A stretch of DNA of 64,000 nt from Callorhinchus milii (Eukaryota). Below the pieces are notes generated by a model that made no database searches, was not told the origin of the DNA, and was given only the letters and a program-made list of their open reading frames with translations. Shown piece after piece: positions 23,354 through 36,520 of this stretch. The stretch's first letter is position 1, and each line of letters begins with the position of its first letter. Position numbers and translations under genes: made by a program. The DNA lies in assembly GCF_018977255.1 (NCBI RefSeq), contig NW_024705144.1, positions 1-64,000 on the forward strand, read 5' to 3'.

Positions 23354-26300
23354 TTGTAGTCTTATTATTATATTGCATTCAGTATTTTTAAGCATTTTTT
23401 ATCCTCAGTTATATCCGCTTTTAATCTGAGCTGATCTACTGTAACAGATCAGTTTGAACATAAGAAAAACATATGAGCATAAGAATTGTTAGTCGAAAGA
23501 AGATTATGGTCTGTCCAGTTTGCCTTCCACCATCCTGGCAGTCACATGCACATGTCAGGTCTCACACTATATACTGTATCCCACAATATTATTTCCTAAA
23601 ATACATTCATCTAATTTGCTTTTGAAAGAATCAACAGGTTATGTTCCAACCATCTCCCGAGGGAGACTGTTCCATACGTTTACTGCTCACTCACTGAAAT
23701 AGTATTTACGCAGATTTGCTTTGAATTTCAAATGCAGGCCATGTCCTGTGTTTAGCCGCCACTCTGTACATGTATTTTGCTTCCTACCGTTACCCTCCCT
23801 GACAATCAGCACAACAGGGAAGGAATTTCGCTTGTGTCAAACTTTACTGTTCATTGCAGAGTTTTACTGTATCCAGAACTTGGCAAATCGTAAAATACAG
23901 CCATAAATTTAAAGTACGTTTTCCATAAATTTCTTGCATCAACTACAGCAAAATGGTGACAAGAAGAACAAATTACATTGGTAAAGCGTCTTTCATACTG
24001 GGAGGACGTCCCAAAGCTCCGAATCACGATAGAGTTTGTACTGATTCCAAAAAAATTTGAATTCTAAAACTTTCTGATAGTTTTTAAATGATAATATTCT
24101 TTGCATTGAATATAACTCCTTATCACTTCTTTGATACATTCCCCAAAAAGATCATGTTCCTTGATGAACATTTAAGAAGATTTATTGTGTATACAAAATC
24201 ATACATATATATCACACTGACCCCAACCTTTGGAATTCCATCCCCCAATTACTCCACTTCGCCCCCTCCTTAGCCTCCTTCCTGACCCGCCTCAAAAGCC
24301 TCCTCATCGGTCACCCCACCTTCCCCTCCCTTCCCTCCTTCCCCCCCCCACCCGACCCCAGCTCGGGTCTGAAATGCTGTACACTGTCCAGCCCCTTGGA
24401 ACGTACTCCAGACATGAAAGGCGCTATACAAATGTGATCTGTTATTGCTGTTGTTGTTGATGTATGTGTGTCTGTGTGTATGTGAGAGAGGAGTCGGTTG
24501 AGGAAGAATTTGCACAGGAGACAAAACTCTGTTTAACTAAAACTGTTCTTCAGGAAACCCTTAATGTCTGGAATGGAATGTGTAAATCTCTTCCAGGAGG
24601 AGCAGACCTATCCAACCTAATTCAGGTGCATTTCAGACGCTGGTTCGTTAGGCTTTGGAAGTGTAACTGCTGGGGTTTAATAAGTTAAATTTGAAATCTT
24701 GCGATTGCACGCACTGTCTGGCAAGTTTCCTGCGACTTGACCAGTTAGAATTATCCTCTGTGTTAGTGCTTTGACCTGCAGGGTTAACAGGACTTAAATG
24801 GGATGAATCTCCAATGCCCACTGTGACTGCTTTGCCCACTGGTCCTGCCAATCGGGCAGGCAGACAGGCTGGTTTGCCAACAGCAGGACCTGGATTACAT
24901 CCGAACCCACGTGGCTCAGGAACCGGATTGTCAAGGATTGCCGCAGAGGATTGACTCAGTTCCACATTTTGTTGCCAACCGTTCCACCGAGGAGTGAATT
25001 CATTTCCAATGAGAAACCTAAACCCCCAACACTCCCCCATCCCCTTCCCACCACAACACACACACACACCGTCCCTGTACTCCATATGAAAAGTCAAATT
25101 AAAGTACAAATCACAACTGATAACTTGGAGAAAAAAATTAATTGAAATTAACCCTTTTACTGAAACCTGCTGCCCCAGGTCAAACAACACTTACAAGAAA
25201 TCATTGACATTGGCACGTGATGATCTGAGAAAGAGTCAGTTTCTTATCTGCAGGAAACACCTGCACTTTCTGACACTAAATTAGAGCGACTTCCTCCTAA
25301 TGTAAAACTGACCTGAAAGCCATCTGCTAGAAACTGGTTCAAAATGTTCCACCGAACAACACAGAGCGTCCTCCACACATGGCTTCTGTCTGTGGAAATA
25401 AAATAATTGTCAAATTAAAGTCTCAGATATTGTTCTGCAGAGGTTACAAAAACTGTTGATCGGCATTTGTAACTATTGGGGAATACTTCACACTACAGCA
25501 TTAATATTATCCGGCAACAAACCAATGACAAACACCAGATAAACATGTTACAGAGCTTAAAACTTCTTGGTTTCTTGGTAATTTCATGTTTCTGTAACTA
25601 TAATCCCTCCACCCAAACTGTATATCACAAAAATAAAACAAATATTGGAAATCTATAACATGTAAATTAGCATCAGAGGGAATAACAATTTGCAGTTGTT
25701 ATTATGGCCGCCTTATTACAAACTAACAGCAATATGAGGAACACGTGTGATGGCAGAACAGAAACCTTTTTCATAGAGTACAATTGATCATTGGAAATGT
25801 ATTTTAGAGACTATTACTATGAAGCCCAAACTATTCAGGAAATAAAGCAGCTTTTGTGTCTAAGTGTTTATATAAAGTGTTTGGAAACAAGTAAATTGTT
25901 TGTATTGTGTCTGAGCGCTGAACTATGTGTATTAACTCGGCTCAGTTGGCAGCACTCTCGCCTGTCAGTCAGAAGGCCGTGGGTTCAAGCCCTGTGTCTG
26001 TGTGTGGAGCTCAGGAACTCTCGGCATTGCAGTGCAGGGGCTGAGCTGTATTGGAGGAGATTTGGTCGTCTGTTTCTGTGGATGTTATAGAACACATTCC
26101 TCTGTTTGGGAAAAAAAGGACATTTCTCAAATGGGGATTGTTGGCCAGGATACAGGGAGACACTCCCTTCTCGTGTCGAATAGTGCCCTGGGATCTTTAA
26201 CATCGACCTGAACAGACAGACAAACCTCCGTTTAATGTCCCATCTGAAGGATTGCGTCCCTCACAACGCAGCACAGCCCCGGCACAGTTTTGTAGTATGA

Positions 26301-26997
26301 GCCGGGACTATATGAGTTTAAAATGCCGATGTGGGTCGTGTACACACAACCTTAGAGTCAGAGACAAAAGTGCTGCATGTGAAACCGACTAATACACACT
26401 TCACGGCTGCTTGGCATCGGCTGCAAAACACAGGCATTAAACTCTGCTGTAAATCATGTGCAGTGATGAAGATATTCTCCGTACATGAAAGGCGCTGTAT
26501 CAAATGTAAAGGTTATTATATTCTGTGTGGACACACTGTGTATTACAGGTGTTAAAACATAATTTTTAAAACTCACACCAGTGAAACAACATCTGAGTGA
26601 ATCAAAGAAGTTTACAGAATAGAAAGGGTCATTTGGTCTATTTTATGTCTGTTGGTTCTTTTAATTGCAATCATTTTGTATCCCGTTCACTTCTGTGTTC
26701 ATATACACCAATAGTTGACTCCATTTTAGCTTTGTTTCTGACTCTTTCAAAACTAATATGGATCTTTATCACAATTGGTCCAGTCAGCCCACTCCATATC
26801 CAAACCAATCTGTGCGATAAAAATAAAGTAACATCGCCGTTTGCTCATTTGCTAACTATCTTACATTCAAACCCTTTAGTCAATGATTTAGTCAATGATA
26901 AATACTCTTATCATTAATTCAGATAATTTAAAAGTCCTCTCTCAGGCCATCCCTTTGCCATCTTTGATTAGATTTCCACCATTCCTGTGGAGTCATT

Positions 26998-27320
26998 GTG
27001 CAGTCCTGTAGCTCAGTGGTTAGAGCACTTGCCTCGCAAGCGAGTGACCTGGGGCCGATTCCTGGCAGAACTAAACTATGGGCAAATTTTCTTGCTCCAC
27101 ACACCTGGTAATAATCCCTGAAGACCCATTTAAAAAATAATAATTTGGTGATTCGAATCCACGACTGCTGTAGGACACTGCTGTGTGCTATTCGCTGCCG
27201 CGTTTCTCCCACAAATATTCAATCCATTTACTTTACAGTATATTCTGTGAAGCTCTTTTTGAGATGTTCAGAAGATGTGAAAAGCGCTATATTGAATGCA
27301 AGGATTGTTATTATATTATT
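26998..27320 (+). mobile_element. tRNA-derived SINE
   Basis: Same family as 23054. Confidence 0.8.
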
Positions 27321-28278
27321 ATTCCCAGATTTTCTGCTTATTTCTGATATCTTAATATGGAATATATCTTATTATTTCTCTGTTTCACTCATCTACCAAT
27401 GTAACCGATGTTATTTTATTAAAAATGCTTTCAAATAGCGTGAAGCTGGTCTTGTTGTGGAAAGATTAAACTTGATTCTACATTACTCTGCAATGTTAAG
27501 AGCTCTGAGACGCCCCCCTGCGTTGAGGGCGCTATATAACTGCAAGTTGTTATTGCTGCTGTTGTTGTTGTATCTGAATACAGACTTCCCAGGGCACCAC
27601 GGCTCAAAGTGCAGTGACAATAAGTGACACACATCATCTGTCAGGGTGTGCTATCTGCGGAGCCTGTGCTCTGTGGGCAGTGAAGGCTTTGCTGTTGATC
27701 TGCAGATGAAAATCGTGTTAGTGGAAGCGTTAGAGAGCGTCACCAGTCACAGTGATCACAGGCAAAGCTTTCTCTCATTGGCTGCAGCAAACGGCAGTGA
27801 CATTTGAGAAGACAAATCCCATTTAAACAATCTGGAGCATCAATTGACAATTATTCCATTGATTAATACATATTTATTGAACACGTGACATCTTCAGTGT
27901 CACCTTAATTGTCCACAGGAGCTTTGTACATTTTAAAACAAAATGGTCTCACAGATTAAACGTATCTGGACTCACAGATTGTTACGCGTCAGATCGATTG
28001 TGTCCTTGTAATTGTCCACTTGTTTAGTTTAAAGGAAAGATGGGCCATTGGACAGACAGATGGATAGACTTGATTCTCCATCACTCCGCCACTGTTAACC
28101 CTTCTGAGACACTAACCTGCGTGTAGAGCGCTATATAAGTGTAAGTTGTTGTTGTTGTATTCTGAATACAGACTTCCTGGGTCACAAGGGCTCAAAGTTT
28201 GGTTGGACAGACTGGATGGCTGGACAGGTTGGGTTGAAGAGGAAATGGGCAAACGGTTGGGTTCAGTTGTTTGTATAT

Positions 28279-28610
28279 AATAATAATAATAATAATAATA
28301 ATCCTTGCATTTGATATAGCGCTTTTCACGTCGGGAGGACGTCCCAAAGCGCTTCACAGAACACACTGTAAAGTGAATTGACTGTATATTTGTGGGCGAA
28401 CGCGGCAGCCAATTGCGCACAGCAATGTCCCACAAACAGTCGTAGATTGAAAATAACCAATTTATTATTATTTTTGGTTTTGGAGGGATTATTATTAGGC
28501 TCTGTGTGGAGTAAGGAAACTTGCCCAAGGTTTCGCCCTCTGCCTGGAATTGAACTCAGGTCTCTCACTTGCAAAGCGAATGCTCTAACCACTGAGCTAC
28601 AGGACTCCAC
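28279..28610 (-). mobile_element. tRNA-derived SINE, near full length
   Basis: Same family, reverse orientation, (TAA)n tail. Confidence 0.85.
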
Positions 28611-29194
28611 AATAATAATTACAGTAATAATAGTTACAGCAATCTAATAATTACAGGAAACCATGTGCTTTTGTATGTTGTTATGGATCGATGGATCAGT
28701 GTCTGGGTGGACTGACAGATGAATGGATGGATGGCTGGACGGACTGACCATTGATGAATCGGTGGTTGGGTTGTTTGGTTGATACACAGATCTATCGAGC
28801 AGCAGATGAACTTGAAATATCCAAATGCATAAATAACTTTCGTTGTTGGATTGCAGCCCTCGCTTGTCAATAGCTCATCTGGTCGGTGCCCAGAAGCAGT
28901 AACATTTTCTCGTTAATATTCACTTCAAAATTTATGAAATCCAAAGGCATTTGAAGCTGCTGCTCAAGAAACTCACAATTCACAATTGTGCCCAAAAATT
29001 AAAAGCACTGAAAGCATTCAAGGTTCAACATTGGTCCTGCAGCGCCACTCAGCGCTTACATTAGAAAATGCACTCTAATTTGTCTGAAAGACATCGATTT
29101 CTTTAACTTGAATTGAATACTAATGATAATGGAATTGTTTTATGTTCTATCAAAATTACAGATAATGTAAAAACATAAAATCATAGATTATTTC

Positions 29195-29860
29195 AGGACA
29201 CAAGCAGACCATTTGGCCCATCATGTCTGTATGGGCTCAATGGAAGAGCGATCCAATCATTCCCACTCCCCCACTCACTCCACAATGCGAATTTTCCTTT
29301 TTCAAGTTTCTATCCAATTTGCGTTAGAAAGTGCTTATTGAATCTGTTTCCACCACACTTTCAGGCTGTGCATTCCAGACCATACCGATTCTCCACATAA
29401 AACAATGTATTCTCATCTCCGCTCTGGTTGTTTTTCCAATTATCCTTAATGTATATCCTCTGGTTACCCATCCACCTGCCACAGGAAATAGTTTCTCCCT
29501 CTGTCATTTAGCAAAACCTCACAGAATTTTGAAAATCTCTATTGAATGGCCCCTTAACCTTCACTGCTCCAGTGAGAACAATCCCAGTTGATGTCGTCTC
29601 ACCACATAAGTCAAGTCCCTCATCCATGGTACCATTCCAGTAAATCTCCTCTGCACCGTATCCAAAGCCTTGACATCCTTCCTAAAGTGTGGCCCAGAAT
29701 TGGACACAATACTACAGCTGAGGCCTAAACAGTGACATAAACCTTTACCAGAACTTCCTTGCCTTTGACCTCAATGCCTCTATTGATCAAGCCAAGTATC
29801 CCATATGCTTTTTTTTTAGCAGCTATAGCAACCTGTCCTTCCACCTTCAAACAGCTGTGT
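29195..29860 (-). mobile_element. CR1 LINE 3' fragment
   Basis: Reverse complement encodes the QLEYCVQFW-type CR1 C-terminus and 3' UTR. Confidence 0.7.
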
Positions 29861-32015
29861 ATGTGAACCACTGATATTAATTGACATTGGTGGCTCTCTT
29901 CCCTGAAGTACAAAGAGGAGCCATATCAAGGTCCCCTTCACTGCGATGCCCACATTTGGTGCGCACTGGGAACACACAGGGCAAAGGAACTCCAGAATAT
30001 GAATTGGTTTACTGTTGGGATCAACAGGGAAATTGTACAGCTGCCATTGAAACACTGTTGGTCAAGCCTCCCAATGCTTGGCCAACTTCTCGCATCATGT
30101 ACTGCTTAGACCATCCTGAGCACATATAGGCTTCGGTTTCCATGATTAACAGAAGCTGATTGGGAATAATCGTTGCTCCCAAAGGATAGAACTCGACTGT
30201 CCAGAGCCTTGGGATGGCCTCCCGACTTGAAATACAATCTGCTGTTGTTGCGAGAAGCGAGACAGTAGCTCTTTGCATCTCCGCTTCTTTGCCCGTCTGC
30301 TATCATTATTAACAATAATATTTCATGCATTTAATAACAGCTCCTGATCACATCATTGAGACACTGAAAACTGTCCGCAAACTGTTGTGGATTGAGTTAC
30401 AAATTTTTGGAAAAATTTTGAAGGGATCATTACCCCCGGAAAAGCCATCCACCAATCGACTAACAACCTGGTTCCTCCTGACTGCCGGTAAACAGAGCCG
30501 TGTGTGTGGAGTATGAGAACTTGCCCAACATTTGGCCGTCCCGGTCGGGAATCGAACCCAGGGCCTCTCCTTACAAGGCGAGTCCTCTTAACCACTGAGC
30601 TACAGGGCTCGATTCTGTGCAGTGACAGGAGGCGGTGGATAAGGAGCGCCTTCCTGACAGACGGCAGTCACAGCAGGTTATCATTCCCACTCCCAGCGCT
30701 GCGTCCCACCAACCGCAGCCTCCTGCCCCTGCCCTGAGGGCAGTCCCCGGGGAGGGAGGGAGGGAGCGGGGAAGAGGAAGAGTGCGGGTAGGGCAGGGGA
30801 GAGGGAGGGGAAGTCGGGAGTGAGATAGAGGGAGCGAGTAAGAGAGAGAGAGAAAGGCAGAGGGAGGATGGAGGGAGAGAGAGGAAAGGCGAGGGAATGA
30901 GAGAAAGAGTGTCGTGAGAGAGAGGGAGGGAAAGAGAAGGGGGGAGGGAAGGAGGAGGGATAGAGAGAGACAGAGAAGAGTGAGGGAGAGGGGGGGAGAG
31001 AGAGTTAGAGGATGTAGAGATAGAGAAAGAGAGTGAGAGAAGGTGAGGGGGAAGAGGGGATGTGGAGGGAGGAGAGAGGGAGGTGACGCCTTCCTGATAG
31101 ACTGCAGTAACAGCGCTGCGTCCAACCAACCGCTGCCCTGAGAGGACAGTTCCCGGGGAGTGAGTGAGGGAGCGGGAGAGAGAGAGGGAGAGCTGTCGGG
31201 AAAGGGAGAGGAGGGGGAAAAAGCCGGAGGGGTGTGATGGAGGGAGTGAGTGTGGGAGAGGCTGAGGGGAAGGGGGGAGAGTGAGAGGAGAGAGAGGGGG
31301 CGGTGCGGCTCAGTGACGGTCAATGCCATAATAATATACAATAACACACAGTGTGTAGAATAGCGCCGATCACAGTAACTCATCACTAGTTATGAGGTCG
31401 GAGTGAAGGCGGACGTCGTCCCGTCGACACAATGGGCGGGAAAGTGCTGCGCGCGCGGAGCGGAGACCAACGGTCACCTCCCGAGACACGAGCAGCGCGA
31501 GGGGCGGCGAGAGGTGCGCGTGCGCGAGGGGCGGGCGGGGGGGCGGGACAAACCAACCAATGGCGAGGCGGGGGCGGGGCGGGAGGCGCGCGGGGAAAGT
31601 GACGGTTGGAGAGCCTCTCCCTCCCAACATGGCCCAGTTCTGACGAAGGGTCGTGGACCCCAAACGCGGACTCCCTTTCCTTTCTCCATAGCCGCTGCCT
31701 GACCTGCTGAGCTTTCCCGCTCTCTCTCTCTCTCTCTCTGTTGTTGTGCCCCTCACTATTGCTGTGTGTGAGTGTGTAAATGACAGCCTCACTATTGCTA
31801 TTCAGTGTGTGTGGCGGTACAGTGTCACTGACCATCACTGACCGCTCCTCTCGCGCTGACCATCACTGACTGACGCTCCGCGTCTCCCGCTTTTAAAGCC
31901 TCTGGGGGTCCGGCTGCCGCCACACATGCGCACTGGCTCCTCACCCCTGGTCCCGCTCGAGCTCCCGCCGGCGCGCCTGCGCACTTCCCCCTTTCTCCAA
32001 CCGTCACTTTCCCCG
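29681..32015 (+). repeat. Segmental duplication, copy B (distal part inverted)
   Basis: See copy A; 31612-32015 is the reverse complement of about 2510-2913. Confidence 0.85.
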
Positions 32016-32595
32016 CTCCCTCCCTCCCTCCCTCCCCGGGGACTGCCCTCAGGGCAGGGGCAGGAGGCTGCGGTTGGTGGGACGCAGCGCTGGGAGTGGG
32101 AATGATAACCTGCTGTGACTGCCGTCTGTCAGGAAGGCGATCCTTATCCACCGCCTCCTGTCACTGCACAGAGTGGAGCCCTCTGTAGCTCAGTGGTTAA
32201 GAGGACTCGCCTTGTAATCATAATAATAATAATCCTTGCATTTGATATAGCGCTTTTCACGTCGGGAGGACGTCCCAAAGCGCTTCACAGAACACACTGT
32301 AAAGTGAATTGACTGTATATTCGTGGGTGAACGCGTCAGCCAATTGCGCACAGCAATGTCCCAGAAACATTAAGTAAAAGTAAGGAGAGGCCCTGGGTTC
32401 GATTCCCGACCGGGACGGCCAAATGTTGGGCAAGTTCTCATACTCCACACACACGGCTCTGTTTACCGGCAGTCAGGAGGAACCAGGTTGTTAGTCGATT
32501 GGTGGATGGCTTTTCCGGGGGTAATGATCCCTTCAAAAAAATTTCAAAAAAATAAGTCACTCAATCCACGACAGTTTGTGGGACGCTGCTGTGCA
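30375..32595. repeat. Long inverted repeat (arms about 30375-30770 and 32010-32595)
   Basis: 30415-30572 is an apparently exact reverse complement of 32379-32540, and 30571-30765 is near-identical to the reverse complement of 32012-32216. Confidence 0.85.
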
Positions 32596-33682
32596 CAGTT
32601 GGCTGCCATGTTTCACCCAAAAAATGTACAGTCACTTCACTTTACCGTTCATTCTGCGAAGCGTTTTGAGACGTCTCAAAGACGTGATAAGGCGCTGTAT
32701 CAAATGCGAGGATTATTGTTATGCTGTTATGGTGACCCGCGGCTCCCGCCGCTGCACATGGTGACCTGCCGCCGAAAGAAAGAGGGAAAGAGAGAATTTA
32801 GGTGAGGGAGAATTTATGTGAGAGAGGGAACGAGCCAGTGTGCGTGAAAGAGGCAAAGGGAGAGGGTGGGAGACAGCGATTGAAAAGAACGATTCACAGA
32901 AAGGGGAAGAGAGTGCGTATGATCAAGAGAAGAGAAGCAAGAGAGAGTTTGTCAGGGAGAGAGTAGGGGGAAGGGAAAGAAAGTGAGGGAGGGAGGGAGG
33001 GAAGCAGAGCTAAAGTAAGAGAGGTTGAGATTGTGAGAGAGGAGAGAGTGTGTATGGGAGAGAAGTGGAGTGATGGAGACTACTTGAGGTGGTGGTGGGG
33101 GGGGGGGAGAGATTGATTTTTTTGGTCCGCCTCGTGCTTAAGAGTCTCCGAGCCGGGCTTAGATTTCCATGCATCGCACCTACGCGAGAAAAAATCCCAG
33201 AGATAGAGAGTTGGAACGGAATTCGCACTCTCTCCCTGGAGGATCGCATCCTGTTTATCCAGTTCCAGAGAGTATTACTGACATTTGTGCAGCGCCTTTC
33301 ACATCGGGAGGACGTCCCTAGGCGCTGGACAGTCGGGGATTTGGACCTGAGAGGGAGGGGTTGGCATCAGGGAGTGAGGAGAGCAGGGAAATGAGGAGGG
33401 TGGCCAAAGGCGCGGTCGACCAGGAGGGTCTTGAGACGTGCCTTGAAGGAGGCAATGGAGGGAGCGAGCCGAAGGGACTACACTGAACCTAGCGGGTTAA
33501 TATAAAACAGACACCTGACTCTCTAATCACTAATTGACGTTCTCTAGTTTATTTCTTCGGTCTCTCTCTGTCTCTCTGATTGACAGATGTCCAGTCTCTC
33601 TCAGTCTCTCTGTCTCAGCCTCTCTATCTCAGTCTCCTGTCTCAGTATCTCCCTTTGTCTCTCTTTCCCCCTCTCTCCCCCG

Positions 33683-33770
33683 TCATTGCATACTCGCTCT
33701 CTCGTTCAGTTCATAAAACAGTAAATAGGCATCGCTGGACACTACACTGTGCGGCTGAATCTGTGATACT
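33683..33770 (-). CDS. USP21: USP21-like exon 12 (VSQIQPHSVVSSDAYLLFYELNERASMQ*)
   Basis: AYLLFYE C-terminal USP motif, TGA at 33683-33685, AATAAA on the - strand at 33548-33553. The 12 exons total 1710 nt (569 aa plus stop). Confidence 0.93.
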
Positions 33771-33989
33771 CTGTTTTGGGGGGAAAAGAGACAGAGATAT
33801 AGCCAGAGATTCACACAGCCTCTCCCTCACACACACACACAAAGCTCCCTCTACACTGTCTACACTCCTAGGTCACGGTTAGAGACACAGTAAAACTCCC
33901 TCTACATTGTCCGTCTACACTCCCAGGTCAGGTTTAGAGACACAACTCCCCCTACACTGCCCTCCACACTCCCAGGTTAGGCTTCGAGA

Positions 33990-34405
33990 CAATAACAACA
34001 ACAAAATTACATTTATAGAGCACCTTTCACATCGGGAGGACTCCCAAGGCGTTGGTTTTGGACCCAAGCTGGGGGTCGCGATTGGGGACGGTGAGGGGGG
34101 AAAGGAGGGTGATTAAAAGCACAGACGTAGAGGAGTGTCTTGAGATGGGTCTCGAAGGAGGCGAGGGAGGAGACGAGGTGGAGGGACTGCAGGATGGATT
34201 TCCAGAGTGTGGGGGCAGAGTGGCTGAAGGCCGGCCCGCCAATGGTGGGGTGGGCGAGGTGGGGGATGAGAAGCAGACCTGAGCCGAGCCCGCTAAGCGG
34301 AGGAAGTGGGCAGGATGGTAGGGGGTTAGGAGGTTGCAGAGGTAGGGGGGAGCAAGGCCATAGAGGGCTTTGAAGGTGAGGACCAGGAGGAGTTGGGGAG
34401 GCCAA
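33990..34405 (-). mobile_element. L2 LINE 3' fragment in the last USP21-like intron
   Basis: LTFKALYGLAPPYL and the L2 tail. Confidence 0.75.
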
Positions 34406-34464
34406 GTTAGAGTTTGCATAGAGACACAGTAAAGTTCCCTCTACACTGTCTGTCCTTGGAGAGT

Positions 34465-34950
34465 CAGGAGATGGATTCTACTATACAGAGCCTTGGTCAG
34501 ACTCCATCTGCAGTACTGCGTTCAGTTTTGGGCACTGCATCTCAGGAAGAATGTATTGGCTCTGGTGGGGGTGCAACTCAGATTCACCAGAATTATACCA
34601 GGGCATAAAGGTAGATACAGAGAAACTGTTTCCTCTGGCGGGGGGAATCCAGAACAAGGTGGGGCATCATCTTAAAATTAGAGCCAGGCCATTTATGAGT
34701 GAATTCAGGAGGCAGCTTTTTCACGCAAAGACTGGTGGAAACCTGGAACTCTCTCCTTCTCCCAAAAGGCTGTGGATTGTGGTTGGATCTTCAAGACTGA
34801 GGTGGATAAGATGTTTGTTAGGTCAGGGTATCAAGAGATACGGGGCAAGGGTGGGTAATTGGACCTGAGGTATAGATCAGCCATGATGTTACAGAATGGC
34901 GGAAGAGGCTCGAGGGGCTGAATGGCCTCCTCCTCTTTCTATGTTTCTAT
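34465..34950 (+). mobile_element. CR1 LINE 3' fragment
   Basis: LYRALVRLHLQYCVQFWALHLRK...EKLFPLAGG and the GCTGAATGGCCTCCT 3' end. Confidence 0.8.
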
Positions 34951-35137
34951 GGATTTAGATGTGAGAGGGTGATAGATAGAGACTTCAGGGAGTCGGGAAA
35001 TGGATTGAAGTGAGGGTTATAGACCCAGTAAAAGTTAGAGAGAGGATAAAGGGAGGGTGGGGAGGATAGAGAGAATGGAAAGGATAGAGAGAATGGGAAA
35101 AGATAGAGAGAATACAAATTAATTAATTAAAACTCAC

Positions 35138-35252
35138 TCAGTGTTGCTAAAGTTGAGCCAGACAGAGTGAGATTTGCAGGAGGCTGTGTAATATCCACCG
35201 TGTACTGTCCCCGTGTGATTACACACCGCAAACAGGTCATACATCATCACGC
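35138..35252 (-). CDS. USP21: USP21-like exon 11 (His box, degenerate: CNHTGTVHGGYYTASC...WLNFSNT)
   Basis: AG/GT bounded, 115 nt. Aligns without gaps to CNHSGSVHYGHYTALC...WHVYNDS. Confidence 0.92.
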
Positions 35253-35585
35253 CTGTAACACACAAACCACAAACAGGTCATACATCATTACACCTGTAAC
35301 ACACAAACCACAAACAGGTCCGTAACATACACACACTACAAACAGGTCATACACCATCACGTCTGTAACATACACCCACCACAAACAGGTCATACATCAT
35401 TACACCTGTTACACACAAACCACAAACAGGTCATACATCATCACATCTGTAGCTCACAAATCACAAACAGGTCATACATCATCACGCCTGTAACATGTAC
35501 ACACCACAAGCAGGTCATACATCATCACGCCTGTAACATGTACACAGCGCAAACAGGTCATACATCATCACGCCTGTAACATACA
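35229..35585. repeat. 41-43 bp minisatellite built from the exon 11 acceptor and first codons
   Basis: AAACAGGTC recurs at 35230, 35271, 35312, 35340, 35383, 35424, 35465, 35508 (variant) and 35551. Confidence 0.92.
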
Positions 35586-35775
35586 ATAATAATAATGACA
35601 GTGGTTACACACAGTAAATAATGGGTGAAAGCGGGAGGTTGTGATGAAAGGAAGAGAAGGAGGGAATGAGGTAGTGAGGGGAGAGAGGGAATGAGGCTGT
35701 CAGTGAGGGAATGAGTGTGCAAGGGATGGAGGGAGTCTGTAACAGGAGGTATAGATGATGTAGTGAGTGACTAAC

Positions 35776-35880
35776 CTCTGGGAGAGGAGGAGTGAGAAAG
35801 GCTGAAGTTATTGACAGGAAAATCCACAAACGTTAAACTTTTCTTGACGGTGAAACGAGTCTTTGAGAATCGATTCAGGT
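35776..35880 (-). CDS. USP21: USP21-like exon 10 (HLNRFSKTRFTVKKSLTFVDFP...)
   Basis: Matches HLNRFSASRGSIKKSSVGVDFP; AG acceptor with a TCTTTAAC branch site; donor GTTAGT. Confidence 0.92.
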
Positions 35881-36239
35881 CTGAGACGGAGTTAAAGACA
35901 AATATTCTCCTCCTTCCCTCGTTCCCTCTCCCCTCCTCCATCCCTCAGTCACTCCCTCAATCACTCTCTCTGAGGTAGTGTTAATGAGATACGTTCATCT
36001 CTCTAAATATCTCTCTCAATCCCTCTCTCTCTCTGAGCCGGAAGTTAAAGACAAATATTTATCTCCTCTCTCCCTCATTCCCTTCNNNNNNNNNNNNNNN
36101 NNNNNNNNNNNNNNNNNNNNNNNNNNNNNNNNNNNNNNNNNNNNNNNNNNNNNNNNNNNNNNNNNNNNNNNNNNNNNNNNNNNNNNNNNNNNNNNNNNNN
36201 NNNNNNNNNNNNNNNNNNNNNAGGGAGATAGAGGTAGGG

Positions 36240-36520
36240 AGTAGCGTCCTATAGCTCAGGGGTTACAGCACTCGCCTTGCAAGCGACAGACCTGGGTTCT
36301 ATTCCCACCAGGGCGAAATGATGGGGAAGTTTCCTTACTCCACACACTCCTCTGTTTGGCCAGCAGTAAGAAGTAACCCGGATGTCAGTCGATTGGCGTA
36401 TCACTTTTCCGGGAATAATAATCTCTCCCCAAAAAAATAATAATTTGGTTACTCAACCTACGACTATTTGTGGGACGCTGCAATGCGCAATTGGCTGCCG
36501 CATTTCGCCCACATATTATT
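36240..36520 (+). mobile_element. tRNA-derived SINE (3' truncated)
   Basis: Same family. Confidence 0.75.

Noticed and set aside
24464-25190. Overlapping ORFs of 74 aa (+) and 180 aa (-)
   Set aside because: No recognisable motif, and they start in or cross simple repeats.
35229-35585. CRISPR-like repeat array
   Set aside because: Eukaryotic intron with no unique spacers; it is a minisatellite.
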